A DNA stretch of 64,000 nucleotides from Lophium mytilinum (Eukaryota), in the NCBI GenBank assembly GCA_010093605.1, contig MU004190.1:372001-436000 (forward strand). The letters are read 5' to 3'. The position numbers and the translations under genes are program-made. The notes below the pieces were generated by a model, which searched no databases, was not told where the DNA came from, and saw only the letters and a program-made list of their open reading frames with translations. Shown piece after piece: positions 39,068 to 52,406 of this stretch. How positions within the stretch are numbered: position 1 is the stretch's first letter; each line of letters begins with the position of its first letter.

Positions 39068-39779
39068 TCATCTCGTGCGCTTGTTGCTCTTGTATTCGTG
39101 ATCCCATTGCTGCCTTCGCTGCCTCTCGATGGCCCAAGCCTTCTCGGCCACGCTTGTGTCCATCTTCTTGGTCTGTCGTTCAAAGTCGAGACGGCGTTGC
39201 AGTTCATCGCCCGTATTTTGAGGTCTCAACATAGGAACAGGACCTGCGGAACGTAAGTCAGCTTATGTTGCACAGGGTCTCGGAGTGGAGCTTCACGTAC
39301 CTCCTTTGGGCGTGGTCGTCTTTGGCTTCCGGAATAGTATGCCCCGCCTGTGGAAACGACGCTGGCGAACCATGGTTTCCTCCTCCACTTCCACTTGAGG
39401 AGCATTCTGAGGGGACTCGTCAAGGACACCGCTTTCGATTTGTTTCTCCGACATGTATGTGTCCGAAATAACCTCGTCGTCCTCGTACAAGAGCGTTGTC
39501 GTCTCTGCTGCTAAACCATGAGCCTCTAACAAAAACAGCTGCCTCGATCAAGCACTTACGACGTCCCATCTCCTCCTTCAACCCCATCTTCTCATCGACA
39601 AGCGACACAGAACTCCTTCCAAAGCTCCTCCTTTGCGCAAAGACGCCCTGCCTCTCCGCCGACTGGCGCACCAGCACCCGGCGCGGTCTCAGATCCTCGT
39701 TGTCGATATGCGAGCCCCCATTGCGACTGCCAACGGCGTTGTTCCTCCCAGTAAAGCAAGAGCTAAAGATGCACGACAT
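39068..39779 (-). CDS. hypothetical protein, about three exons
   Basis: ATG at 39779 (MSCIFSSC...), GTAAGT donor near 39558, a clean intron GTACGT...GCTGAC...CAG near 39300-39244, last exon ...KSNKRTR* ending at 39068; no recognisable domain. Confidence 0.6.
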
Positions 39780-40294
39780 TATGCTGCAGAGTAACGCCTG
39801 AATGCAAGTGGATAGGCCGTTGAGGAGGGACAAGAACGGGATGGTTATATCGGAGAATGGCGAGGCACATGGCGCGATAAGCAGCATCTGGCAGGCGGGC
39901 AGTGCATTGATCGGCCGCATCCTTCGCGCACGGCGCCCCTGTCTGGCGGGGTTTGAGAAACGCGATTCAGGGGCTGTAGACGCTGTTATTGGCCGTCTAT
40001 CTGCACTGCGCACCGTCCGACGGCCTGTGCGGGGGGCTTCCTGCGCCTTGCTGTTCCGCCACGGAGAGTTGGATATTTGCCATGGTGGGCACGCATGGCT
40101 ATTTCTGCCACCTTGATGCCTTCACTGACTTCACGGTTGAGACCTCTACTGATTCTTCTCTTGCAGGGACATCCTACGACTGTCTTAGTTCTACAGCTCA
40201 GTCCGGAGATCCACGATACATCGCCATGAACGGATAGCCCACTCTCTGAACGACACCACACATCTTGCAGGTCCAGCTTCATACCCTCCAGAAC

Positions 40295-41392
40295 ATGGCC
40301 ACCACGTACAAACCACGAATAGTGCGGAGCTTTTCAAGCGCCTTCACGCTCACCTCCAAGACCTCCCAATCGTCCGACGTCGAAAGCACCCCAGAGACGA
40401 TCAAGCCGAAACAACACCTCCAAGGCTTCCCCAGCCTTAGCGCACTCCTAGCCTCCGACCACGATCTCCAAGTCTTCCGCCGCTTTGACCGCCTTGCCTC
40501 TAGAAATCTTCTATACTTGCAAGCTGAGATACTTGACCTTGAAACGCGGCTGGATGAATTGGATGCGGCAGACCTGGAGGTCGCGAATGCAGAAGAGTCG
40601 GAATGGATGGAGGTTAAATTGACAGCCAGATGCTGGGAATCATTTGCGGAAAAGGCAGAAAATGGAGAAGAAAGAGAAGTTGAAAAAATGAAATTGGTCA
40701 AGCTGATCCGCGAGAGGATGGCTGAGTATCGTGCGTATCCCATTCCGTGCTGATTGTATGCAAGGGATGCTAACCAAGCGTCAAGAGGACGCTCTGATCC
40801 GACAGAGCACGATTCTCAACCTTGACAAACCCAATCCAAGAGTCAAGAGCGGTATCATAGGCTGGTTCGAGCAGAATCGACCCCTCGTAGGCCATGGAAG
40901 GAACCTCTTTGACGGCAAATCTAAAAATGACATCGTGGCGCTACGGACGCCACCTGATCAGGACCGTTTGACCATGTTTTTACAAAACCGTCTGGGGTAT
41001 TTCCTGCGCAATAGAAAGAAAGCAAAAGATGGTCCTGCTGATTGGGACGGCATGCATTACTTCCATGAGACCATAATTGGACGTATCGTTTCTTTCTTCA
41101 GCGTTTTCCTCGCAGCATTACTTCTCGTCGGTGCTATTACGAGTTTGTATTTTGTTTCGAACGCGTCTTCACGAATGGTGCTTCTTGCGGTGTTTACGAC
41201 GCTTTTCGCGGCTAGCGTGGGTGTGTTGACGAATTCGAGGAAGGTGGATATCTATGCAGCAACGGCAGCGTAAGTGGATTGGAAACGTCTTCGGGGAGTT
41301 GTTACTGACTTGGAGTATCTAGGTATGCTGCAGTTTTGGTTGTATTCATTGGCAATGTGGCGCCTGGGGCCAACGTACAATCAAACAGCTAA
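40295..41392 (+). CDS. DUF6594-like membrane protein
   Basis: GFPSLSALL...VFRRFDRLASRNLLYLQAEI..LE..LDELD N-terminal signature; C-terminal hydrophobic helices ending ATAAYAAVLVVF; two introns (~40731-40785, ~41270-41322). Confidence 0.85.
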
Positions 41393-41847
41393 AGAATCAG
41401 CTATGAGGGGACCAGTAGCTAGATCTAGGTCTACACGTCCAGAGGCGGGCCGGTGTGCTAGACCATCACGCAGTTCCCAAGGGCCAGTAGGGTGATTTTC
41501 GACGCTGTACGCCATCCTCTTGGCCCAGCTCCCTAGATCAGACCTGGAAGACTTTGTCAAGACATGGTCGATGTGAAGAAGAGCAAGGGCATAAGCCTTC
41601 TGTGATCCTGAAAGCATGGCCGAGGTGGGTTCAGAGGCCTATATCAAACGTCCCCAGGCTACGACGTTGTTCCCAATATCTGCGAAAGCTCCTCCCTTCG
41701 CTTCACCACGTTCGATTTCAACCCACAACACGCCGCACGCCCACTCCCACCTCCAAATCACAACCTCGACGCGAACACCGCCATCGTCATTCACAGCCGC
41801 GGAAAGCCCTCAATCTCCTATCCAAGCCTCCCGCCACCTCGCCCAAC

Positions 41848-42458
41848 ATGTGCCGATACCGCGCTCTCGTCTGGACCTGCGGCCACTCGCGCACGTTCCG
41901 CCTCTCCACCTGCAGAGCCACGAAGCAGACCTGGCGCCAATTCGGCCACGAACTTCGACGCCGAGTCAGCTGCACCGGGACGAAAGCCCAGATCTGGCTC
42001 CGCCTGTCAGGAGCGTGCAAAGACTGCCGCCGAGTCGAGCTTCGCGCCGATATTGTGGCCCAGTGGGCGGAAAACGGGCTCCTAGCCGCCCAAGTCGACC
42101 TCGCGTACGTGAATCACCTTCTCTCCTTTTTAAATTGCTTCTATCTTATATCCGTTTGACTGACCTCGGTGTGTTTTGGTTTAGCTACATGGAAGCGTAC
42201 GCCGTTGACGCAGTTGACGAGGAAGTGCTCGACTGGGTCGAGCTAGTTAGCGAAGAGAGAGAGAAGTACCGACTGCGCTGCGTCCACGTCCGAAACTGGA
42301 TTGTTGCCCCTGAGCATGCGTTGCCTGGCCCGAGGTCCTCCCCTGCCCGGACGAAGTGTGCAACACCGTCGCTGTTGGGTCGTGATTTGGAGGGGAATCC
42401 AGCGTGGGACGACAAGATCCCGATTCAATCGCGTGTGCGGGCGCATCTGGTGGAGTAG
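41848..42458 (+). CDS. small Cys-containing hypothetical protein (MC-x8-CGH ... CxxC)
   Basis: MCRYRALVWTCGH...C...C...CKDC; intron GTACGT...CTGAC...TTTAG (~42105-42185) joins in frame to YMEAY...HLVE*. Confidence 0.65.
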
Positions 42459-42882
42459 CTGGGGGAGCTTCGAGGAGTGGAGATGGTGGGAATTTCGGTG
42501 CCGTCGGTGGTGAGATTTGGGGTCCCGTTTGGAAAGGGAAGGTCAAGACTCCGATTCAAGACGTGTTCGCGGTCTAGATTGGCTAAACATTGAAGATTGG
42601 AGGCTGTAAGAGTAGATTTTGGCAGCGGGATGGCGCTGTGAGGTATACGTCAGGACATCGGCGGATAATACATCAAAACCTACGTGTCGGGGGGCTGATA
42701 TCGAGCCTTCGTTGCCTTATATTCACGGACTCCTCAGATTCCAGACTCGGTTATGTGACTGTGATTATGCACTACGGATCAGGCTCATCTTACGAGGTAA
42801 GTTCCAACCCCTTTATATTGTCGAAGCGCTCTAACACATCCAGACCACCCGCAAACCTACTGCTAAACCCTCCCAATTTAGC

Positions 42883-44254
42883 TTAAGCAGCCTTAACATC
42901 CTCTTTCCCCTTGATATCCCCTCCAGCTTCCTTCTCCAACCTCTCCGCCCTCTTTTCCCGCCCCTCGCTTGCCGGATCATAATAAGCTAATCGCAACGTC
43001 AGCAGAGCCTCAACACCCTATCAACCTCGACAAAACAACTTACGCTTCTCCCCAAACACCGTCGTCCTAATCCCCCTCCTCGTCCCCGGCGCATACTTCC
43101 CAGGAATAACACGATGAATCGTGCACCTATTATCCCACATCGCCACCGACCCAACCTCCCACTTCCACCTCACGAGATGGTCATCCGCCGCATGGATATG
43201 CTGTAGCGCAAAATCAAGCAGTTTGTCTACACTCCTTGCGTCAGCTTTGCTCTGGCCCGTTCGTTATCTAATATCTTAGCATCAGCACTCACCACTCTCC
43301 AACTTCTTCAACTCCGCAAACCCCGTGACAAACCCCTCATTCACATTCCACGCCTTCAGGCCCGTCACCGGATGCGTCCTCACGCTCGGATGATGGCTAT
43401 CCCGCGGCGCCCGCCGCGGCCCGTTCCCCCACAAATCGAGGATCGTGTCGTACTGCAGGCGGCTCGTGTGCACGGCGTGCAGGCTCTCGAAGAGCCGCTG
43501 GTAGGTAGGGGATAGCGCGTCGTAGAGGCCGTATTGCGAGACCCAGGCCGTGTCGCCGCCGACGGGGGGGTGCTCCTCCATCCGCAACATGCTGTAGGAG
43601 GGCGGGTTCAGCTCGAAGGAGGTGTCGGCGTGCCAGCCGGCTGAGGGCCAGGGGGTGTGGTTGAGCAGGTCGCGGTGGTCGGTGGAGCTGCCGCGGATGA
43701 TGAGGTGTTTGGTGTCTTTTTGGGCGGGGTGGACGTCAAGGATGCCTGGTATCAGGGGGTGGGTGTCAGTAAGGGGGCAGGGGTTTGGGCGGTGGTTGAT
43801 GGGGAAGAGGATGTGGGGCGGGGAGGTACCGTAATGCCCGAAGAGCTTTTCTTGCTGGGCGGTTGTGAGGTCTTGGTTGCGGAAGAAGACGACGCCGCGT
43901 TCGTTGACGAGGAGGGCGAGCTCGTCGAGTTGAGAGGGGCTGAGCTGGGAGAGTTGGACGCCTTCGAGCACGCTGCCAATGCTTTCTGTTAGGTCGACTT
44001 GCTTGGCTGCGGAGAAGAGGTTTGGTTTCGAGGGGTCGGCGAAGTGGGCGCGGTCTTTTGGCGGGTCGAATTCCTTGTGTGGTGGGTCTGGGGGATGCCA
44101 GTCTTTGATTTTGGGGTTGAAGTTCTGGAACGGTTAAGTGATTGAGGTTTGAGGGGGAATTGGGGATTGAAGGTTGACTGGCACGTACAGGATGCAGCAC
44201 GGTAGGACGACCGGAGTCAGGATCAATGTGCTTAAAGGCTTCGAGGGTCGCCAT
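42883..44254 (-). CDS. TauD/TfdA-family Fe(II)/2-oxoglutarate dioxygenase (sulfonate dioxygenase-like)
   Basis: ERGVVFFRNQ, WHADTSFE (HxD), GGDTAW, HPSVRTHPVTG, MWDNRCTIHR; multi-exon. Confidence 0.93.
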
Positions 44255-45205
44255 TGTGAAGACAGTGGCTAGGTAGGTTCACGATTATCAAAATGTATGG
44301 CAGCTTCTTCGGGATGTGAGGTAGCTATATGATGCTAACCACCCCACCGGTTCTCTGCCGAGTTCCGGCACCGTGGATAGGGTGTGGATATCTGATTCGC
44401 GTTACATGCATGATGTGATAGGACTCCGCCATTACATCTTCAACCCCACTCTGGACCCCTTCAGAAAAGCAGCATTAGTAGTAGTATAACGGAAGCTTGA
44501 GAGCAAGACATAGCTCGCGATTCGCATACCCCGCGGTATGGGCATGTGGTAAGCGAGAGCTTGATCCGACGTCGTCATATGCAAGGGGATTGCGACATCG
44601 TAACCCTTGTCATGTTGGACTACACGTTTGCGGTAGTGAGTGCGATGGGGTAGAAATTCTTTTTAACTTGGTCAAGTACAATAAGCAACAGAAATGCTAA
44701 TCTCAGGGATGCGTGGACGCATTCCCAGTACGTTGGAAATGATTGCTAAGATGTCTAATCTTGAACAGCCATAAAGGTCAAGTAAGTATAACATTTTACA
44801 ACGGTGAGAGAAGATGACGACGGCAAGAGTGGTTACTAGTTGAAAAGAGATTACTGTGAGTCTTAAAAGTATAACGAGGATAGACCTGCCTTTTAGTACG
44901 CTCTTAAAGCACTATGGTTTTGCACATGAGTAAAACTTTCTCGGCTTGATAACGGCACGTGATAAAGATGCTCTACTATAAATATTTAGCAACGAGCTTA
45001 CTTCAGAAGGCCTGAGTATAGTTGAGCTAGTATATCATCGTTATCATCAAGAGAATTAGTCCACCTCATGTCAATCTCGAAAGGTCAAGTTTGTATCGAG
45101 CACTGGCTGTGTTCTTTCTTTCGTAATTAAGACAATCATAAGCCTATGGAGGCATTTGGTATTTTCTCGTTAGTCGGCAACTCATATCTCCTCCGGCCCT
45201 GATGC

Positions 45206-46063
45206 CTACAGTATCAGCATTCCCGCCCCGAGGACCGCAGCCGCAACTACACCACCAGCACCAGAATAGGCCAGACTGGCCGCAGCGCCCGTGCTAGTCG
45301 CAGCTTCACCACCTGTAGTAGTCCCCGAGGGGCCCTGGGTAGCCGTAGCATCTGCGTTCAATATACCGACACCGCCAACACCAGTCGTATTTGTGCATTG
45401 GTCATCCGCGAGGAGAGCAGCCGTGGCGCTGAACTTGATGTCCGCGCACTATTGTATCACATTAGCAGTGTTCGAGCAAAACAAAACTCTTCCGAATCTG
45501 ACTTCACTTCTCCTCGTGCTTAGACTTGATAGCTGAATCTCTGGATTTTGACTCACATTGTAAAGGGCCGCACCAGTTGTGCTGATCTGGATAACCTGCA
45601 GCGTCGCCTCTATTCCCTCCGCACTGCTTGCATTCAGACCCGCCGCCGCTAAGCCTGCAGCCAGGTTCGCCTTGCCAGTCTCCTTGAGGCAGAAGGTGCC
45701 GTTCCCGGTTTGGTTGAAATGGTCGACAAGGGAGATGTTGAAGGCGGAGACGTTGGTTCCGATTCCGAGGTTCACGTAAGTAAGTGCCCGGTGGTGGCCG
45801 GCATGGAGACGCAGTGAACCGCCTTCAGGGGACCAGGCGGTGCGGTTGTTGATGTCAGTGGTCTCAGAGACATTGGCACCTTCGTTGATCAGTACGGAGC
45901 TATCTCTCAGATTTTGGGCAATCTTACACGGAAAGATCCATTGAGAAGCGGTTGGTGCGAAGGAAGAGCCTCGCCAGTATGGGTATTCGACCGTGAAGTG
46001 AGCGGAGGCTAGTGGAATAATTGTAGAGAGGAGACATAGGGCGGTAGACATAGAGAAATACAT
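45206..46063 (-). CDS. GPI-anchored BIM1/X325-like (LPMO-like copper-binding) protein
   Basis: Signal peptide ending ASA followed by His1 (HFTVEYPYWRG), PC, NRTAW, FCL, ATLQVIQ...LYNCADI, Thr/Gly-rich linker and hydrophobic C-terminus; two introns. Confidence 0.85.
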
Positions 46064-46657
46064 CTTGGCGCTGTCTCCTGTCGAAGGTGTGGATTGAGGT
46101 GTCGTAGATCTGGGAGCTGAAGCTAAGGCAAAGAAACCCCAGGCAGGTCGGGATTCCAGAGGTCCTTTATAGCTAGAATAGAGAGAAGCTTGGAGGAGAG
46201 CTTGAGCCTTGGGCTGCAAACACCAAAGTAGGGAAAATATCGGTAGCCTGCAGGTACCGCCACAGCCAGCGGAATAGCTTGGCGAACTTCGGAGGAGCTT
46301 GAAGAGGGCCAACTAGATCACGGGCGACTTATTGTGAGCCAATCGTGGCACGGCGAAGTGCATGAAACAGTTATAGCCCCGCACGTTACCAGCGCAAATG
46401 TGCTCATTTCGACTTGGCGCCAAGAGAGCGGGAGTGAAGGCTCGGAGTGAGACTGCAGGTGGAAAGGCACGATGGAAGCGAGTTCAAAGGAAAGAAAAGA
46501 CAAATGCTTTTCGGAAGCAGAACGATTTACTCTTGGTGATGAAGATCTATTGGCTGGGAAGAGATCTAGTAAGAAACGCACAGTACTCTATACTCTATAT
46601 GAAGCCTACCTGGCGGATAGACCCTGGATGATACCACACATGTGCAACATTAACAGT

Positions 46658-47998
46658 CTAATACTCGTCTTTGAATACCATGCAGCGTTGTTCACCAGCA
46701 TCGTCGACCCAGGCTCTGAACATTCCGCCGCAATTAAAATCGGCGACGACGCTTCCTTGACTTCCTACTAGTTCGATGCCAATTATTCCTCCTTCACCTT
46801 CTCCTGTCTTACCCCAGTGGTGCCCAGCGGACTTTTGTAACTCACCCCCAGAACCAGCGACTTGGCTGACAGCTTTCGAGAGAGCAATGTTAGGACTTGA
46901 GAATCGAGACATTGCTGCTGCTGTTCGGACAGCATTTACTCGAAGGAAAGAATCACCATTCCCCGTCCCAGACATAGCGACAGCATGACGTCGGGATGGG
47001 TGTTGTTGCTCAGTAGTCTTAGTTTCCGATACTGGTGCTTGCACTTGGGGTTGTCTCTGAGCAGTTGACGGGAGGCAGTCCGATATCAGAGCAGGAATAT
47101 CACCTCGTGAAAGTTTGTCGAGGGGAGACGTAGACGATGATGGTTCAAGCAATGGCTGGTAGAGCATCTGGGCTTTGGAGACGTCTTCATACCATTCTTC
47201 AGCCCAGTAGCCCGCACCAAGAGTTGGCGTATCGCCGATACGTCCGGGTAGCTTGTTAGTTAGGCCGCCGGTTGAGGTTGCTACGCAGAGAGTTCCGAAG
47301 CTATCGAGAACGACCGCACCAACAGTTCCCTGAGGCAGATATTCCTTTCCATCCCAAGAAGGGTTGCCTGTAGCCGCTGAGTCTGCGATTAATACTTCGT
47401 TCCCCTTATTGGATGCCGGGAATGGATCCTGAAATTGAGCAATTGACGAGTTGAGCTCCCGTTCAGCTTCCAATCCCCTTCGGTGTTCGTCCCATCTCTT
47501 CTGTGTAAAGAAGTAGTCGGGCGTGACTATATCAAGTCCCCAGTCCTTAGCCAAACCCTCCAGGTACTCTCCGGAAAGCTGGCAATGTCCCTGAGCACCG
47601 CCGCCACCTCCATTATCGCCTTGCACCAGGAACTCGCGTGCAAGTTTGATCGGGTTTTTAACATGCTTGAGAAGCATACACCCAACTCCGCACTTTCGCT
47701 TCCCGTCCGAAACCATGATACTGGACTCCAGTTCATTGGTTCCGGCTCGCGTAAATACAGCTCCTTTGCCTGAATTAAAGAGAGGGTCATTCTCTAACAA
47801 CGAGACTGCAAAGGTAGCCACATCAAGAGCAGTAGCTCCTGGCTTCTGGAGTGACTTTGAAGCTGACGAAAGGATAGAGAGGAGAGATTTACGGTACGCT
47901 TCGTAGGCAGCGGAAGTGAGGTTATCACGTGAGATATTTCCAGCACCACCGTGGATGATTATGCGGGGTTGGATGCTTGATGATTTGGTCGACGACAT
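46658..47998 (-). CDS. isoaspartyl peptidase / L-asparaginase (Ntn-hydrolase, asparaginase_2 family)
   Basis: IIIHGGAG, FNSGKGAV, GTVGAV (nucleophile Thr), ATSTGG, GRIGDTP, SGTGNGD, GEGG, FNCGGMFR. Confidence 0.95.
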   Translation of the reverse strand: MSSTKSSSIQPRIIIHGGAGNISRDNLTSAAYEAYRKSLLSILSSASKSLQKPGATALDVATFAVSLLENDPLFNSGKGAVFTRAGTNELESSIMVSDGKRKCGVGCMLLKHVKNPIKLAREFLVQGDNGGGGGAQGHCQLSGEYLEGLAKDWGLDIVTPDYFFTQKRWDEHRRGLEAERELNSSIAQFQDPFPASNKGNEVLIADSAATGNPSWDGKEYLPQGTVGAVVLDSFGTLCVATSTGGLTNKLPGRIGDTPTLGAGYWAEEWYEDVSKAQMLYQPLLEPSSSTSPLDKLSRGDIPALISDCLPSTAQRQPQVQAPVSETKTTEQQHPSRRHAVAMSGTGNGDSFLRVNAVRTAAAMSRFSSPNIALSKAVSQVAGSGGELQKSAGHHWGKTGEGEGGIIGIELVGSQGSVVADFNCGGMFRAWVDDAGEQRCMVFKDEY

Positions 47999-48734
47999 TG
48001 CGCGCCACGGTACGAAGAGTGATCTGATAGAGCGACAATGCTAGAAGTATGAAGACGGATTATTTAAAGATCATGAGACTTCAGAAAAGTAAAGATCAAT
48101 CAATAGTTGCAGTGACAATGCGGTGATGAAAGATGTAAAAAGACAATTGCTGTGCCACAACAGCTTCTATTTCTATGTTGGCGGTGCTGTCACGAGTGGT
48201 GAACGTGATAGCTCCTGATGGTGGTGTCAGAAGGAAGGGGTACCTCCGCGGGAGTGATGGATAGTCTATGCCAAGGCCGAGATCTTCGGATCAAAAAGCT
48301 CCGGTCTCCGGAATCACTGAGCCAGATTATGTTTCAGTGAATCCATTAGAAAGATATTTCATGAAGAAAGTTTGGATGTACTCTTCAACCAACAAATTAT
48401 AGAACCTAGGCCGACACTCGGAAGGGAGGAAAAGAAAAAGTCAAATCAATCAGTCAGGTACTAGCACACTAGCCCCAACTAGTCAGGAGAGCTCGGACAT
48501 CGGCAAGTCGGCGGCTCGGGCTTTCCCCACGAAATCTGGGGAAGTACGGCATACTATACCTCATCTCACTGGAGTATGCCGTAGAAAACCAACGCCGCAG
48601 CTAGCCGACCTCGAGGGTTTTGCCGACAAGACCCAAGGTTAACTCACACTCTCCCCTCCTGCTTCTCTAATGCTTCTTTTCCTAGATCTCCAAGAGACTC
48701 ATCTATACATGCTTGTTAGATTATCTTTATAGCC

Positions 48735-50054
48735 ATGGCCGGAAAACCGCAGTCGCTACGGCCCCTCGCCCGCCTCCTCGGTCCACGCTCCGCATACCGC
48801 TGTCAACAACACCAACAGCAACCACAGTTTAGGTCATACTCAGCTGCTCCTCCCGGAGCACGTCTAAATGGCACCGTTAACTACGACACCACCTCTATCC
48901 TTAACCACACTTCAAAAGCTGCCCTCTCGAACCCTGAACTCCCCGAAAATGTCCGAACCGGCCCTACCAAGAGCATCAACCTGTACACGGCGGTGAACGA
49001 AGCTATGCGGCACGCCCTCCAAACAGACGAGCGGGTCTTGGTGTTTGGGGAGGATATACAATTTGGGGGCGTTTTCCGGTGTACAATGAACCTGAATGAG
49101 GATTTTGGCACAGAAAGAGTCTTTAATACACCACTCTCGGAACAAGGGCTCATGGGTTTTGCGATTGGAGCGGCCGCGGAGGGCATGCGGCCAGTTGCAG
49201 AAATACAGTTCGCCGATTACGTGTATCCGGCATTTGACCAGCTGATAAACGAGGGCGCAAAGATGCGGTACAGGGCTGGCACGACGGACATGCACTGCGG
49301 TGGTTTGACCGTGAGGATGCCGGCTGGGGTTGTCGGGCATGGCGCGCTGTGAGTTATGGCTACTATAGTGCTTTTGGATTTAGAGGCTGACGATATGTGA
49401 TCTCTTAGCTACCACTCTCAATCTCCGGAAGTACTCTTCACGCACGTACCCGGCCTACGAGTAATTGTACCGCGGTCTCCCATACAAGCAAAAGGCCTTC
49501 TCTTAGCTGCAATCGCATGCAATGACCCTTGCATCTTTTTGGAGCCCAAGATTCTCTATCGAGCCGCAAAAGAACACGTTCCTGTCGACGGCTACACCCT
49601 ACCACTTGACAAGGCCGAGATCCTGAAGACAGGGTCAGATGTGACAATTGTGTCATACGGCACACCGCTATATACCTGCGAAGCTGCAATCCAAAAAGCA
49701 GAGAAAGACTTCGGATGCAGTGTTGAGTTGATTGATCTGCGGACTATCTACCCCTGGGACCGGGAGACGATATTGAACAGTGTACGGAAGACAGGTCGAG
49801 CTATTGTTGTACACGAGAGCATGCAAAACGCAGGCGTTGGCGCTGAAGTTGCGGCGACGATCCAGGAGGGCGCGTTCACGAGGCTTGAAGCGCCAGTGAA
49901 GAGGGTCGCGGGATGGGCAACGTTCACCGGACTGGCTTTCGAGCAGTTTGTTATTCCAGACGTCGCGAGTAAGTTCATAGTTCTCTGACTTGTAGACCGC
50001 TTACTAATGCAACCAGGGGTGTACGATGCTATCAAGAAGACCATCGAGTATTAA
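48735..50054 (+). CDS. BCKDHB: branched-chain 2-oxoacid (2-oxoisovalerate) dehydrogenase E1 beta subunit, mitochondrial
   Basis: [59 protein letters not shown]; Arg-rich presequence; two introns. Confidence 0.95.
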
Positions 50055-51192
50055 GTATTAGAAGTCAGTTAGAGAAGGCGACTACAGGAAGTTAACCTAT
50101 CTGATGGTGCCTCATGCGTTCCCTCTCAAACCATCTTGCATGCCCATCTCTACCATATTGCATGTAGGCGTTTCTCCGTCCTTCGTATCTACACTTCCAG
50201 ATAAGCTCTCAATTTAAGGACATAAGCCTATTGGGCCACTACTTTCAGTGCAGAGATATTCTCGCATATAATTTCAAAATCAAACTCCTGAAGCTATTCG
50301 AACACGCTATTTGAATCATTTGTTTACGTACCGAGGAAGGCTATACTGTGACGTACGTCCAGTATGGAGAATTTACGGATTGTAGACCTACGGAAGTGCG
50401 CAACGCAGACAAATAGCCTCTCCAGGCAATTGGCTCCATCTCGATGGAGTCACCTCCCAGGGCTGTATGTACAAAACTCACATACTATATACATTTGAGG
50501 AATGCCTCCTTTGGGTGCTAGTCTAAGCAGGTTACCGACCCTCAAATGGGCCTAGAGGCTTGGCTTGTCAAACGTTTGGACTCTGCGAACTATACACTTC
50601 CAGTACTGTTCTTTTCAGCGCTCTCTACTTCAAGCTTTAGTCTATAGACATCAGTAGACACGTGACGTTCCTAATCCTCACGTGTTCAACCACGGACGAA
50701 TACCGGGCCGGGATCTTTCGGCTGCATCCCTTCTCCCCTGCTTTCCCAGTTCAATAACCCTCAAATTCTAGGGAGTATTTCCTGTATAGACTAATCGCAT
50801 CTTGAAAGCTTAACACTAGGGACCTTTAGATTCCAGCCTAACGTATCAGTTTCTTATATAGCTTAAATGTCCATACGATTTACGCGTATCATCGAACGAG
50901 ACGAGAAATATGGCGTTTTCAGTCTACCCGGCGGACGAAGGTTGCACCGGCCGAGTCCCATTCCAGATAACGCTCTCTATTCCAGCATTGTAGACCTCCC
51001 CGTAAGAGAGTTTGAGTAAGCAAATATGAGCAAACATATCAGAAGCCTTTCCATAATTCCTTAAACTCCGAAGATCATTCTCGTCATTCCTTCTCCATAA
51101 CTCTACCCAAACCCCTTCGTCTCCGGATGCTAGACTTCTCCAAACCAGATACCACCTTCTTCACTGCTTACACCGCCTTCCCCTCCCAAACC

Positions 51193-52329
51193 ATGCAGGC
51201 CCTCAAAATCCTCTCACGTGGCCATGCCGCGCCCCAACCGGTCCCCCTACCGGCCTTACGCCCCACCTATATTCTTGTGAAAACCCACGCCGTCGCCCTC
51301 AATCCCGCCGACGTGGCGGGCATTGACCTCGTCGCACCTATTGGTGCAACGCCGGGCCTCGACTTCGCGGGCGTCGTTGTCGATATTGGGTCCGAGGTTA
51401 CAAAGAAGTTCAAAGTCGGGGATAGGGTGTTTGGCGCCGTGCATGGGTGTAACGAGGGTGAGTCGGAGGACGGTGCGTTCGGGGAGTATCTGGTATCGAA
51501 GGGGGACCTTACGGGGCTGATTCCGGAGAACTTGGGATTCGAGGCGGCGAGTACGTTAGGAGCAGGGATCGCGTCGGTTGGGCAGGCGTTGGGGCAGAAT
51601 CTGGGGTTGCCGTGGCCGGGGAAACAAAGTGCGAAGGGAGAGAAAGTGCCGGTGTTGATATATGGTGGGAGCTCGGCGACAGGGGCGTTGGCGATTCAGT
51701 TTGCGAAGGCGTGAGTTCCGGTCTCTTGCTGTGACTGGTCTGAAAATTGGTGGATTAGACTGATTGTGTTTGTCAGCTCCGGATTGGAAGTCATAACGAC
51801 ATGCTCCCCTCACAACAACAATTACATCAAATCTCTAGGCGCGTCCGCCGTCTTCGATTACCACAGCTCAACTTGCGCCGAAGACATCCGCGCACATACA
51901 AAGGATAGCCTCTACTACGTCTTCAACTGTCTACCTGATGACTCCGCGGCCAAGATCTGCACGGAAGCCCTGTCGTCGCACCCAAGGCCGGATGGTTCAA
52001 AACCGGCGTATACTGGAGTCTCTCCTAGGGGAGTCGATGCAGCGATCATGCGGGATGACGTACAGCATTCGAGCATTCTGGGCTATACCGCAAAAGGCGA
52101 GGCATTCACGTTCGCAGGTAATCAAATTCCTGCGATGCCGGATCACTTCGAGTTCATGAAGCCCTGGTTGGAACTCGGGGCGTCTCTGGTTGCGGATGGA
52201 ACAGTGAAGCCGCACGCGCATGAAGTAAGGCCAGGAGGACTGGAGGGAGTCCTCAAGGGTTTGGATGAATTAAGAGGGGGTAAGATCAGCGCGAAGAAGT
52301 TGGTTTATCGCATTGGGGAGGACGTTTGA
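51193..52329 (+). CDS. trans-enoyl reductase-like medium-chain dehydrogenase (ToxD/LovC-like)
   Basis: VKTHAVALNPAD, GLDFAGVV, GAFGEY, VLIYGGSSATG, VITTCSPHN..IKSLGA..VFDY, KKLVYRI; one intron at ~51711-51776. Confidence 0.92.
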
Positions 52330-52406
52330 TTTCGATTGTACAAGCTCCACATTCTTGACGACTCTTTGGTATCTTGAGCTCTACAGTTCGCATAGTCTGC
52401 ATACCT

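Noticed and set aside
42883..52329. Secondary-metabolite cluster suggested by the dioxygenase and trans-enoyl reductase
   Set aside because: No PKS/NRPS/terpene backbone, transporter or cluster regulator in the window, and the genes between them are primary-metabolism genes.
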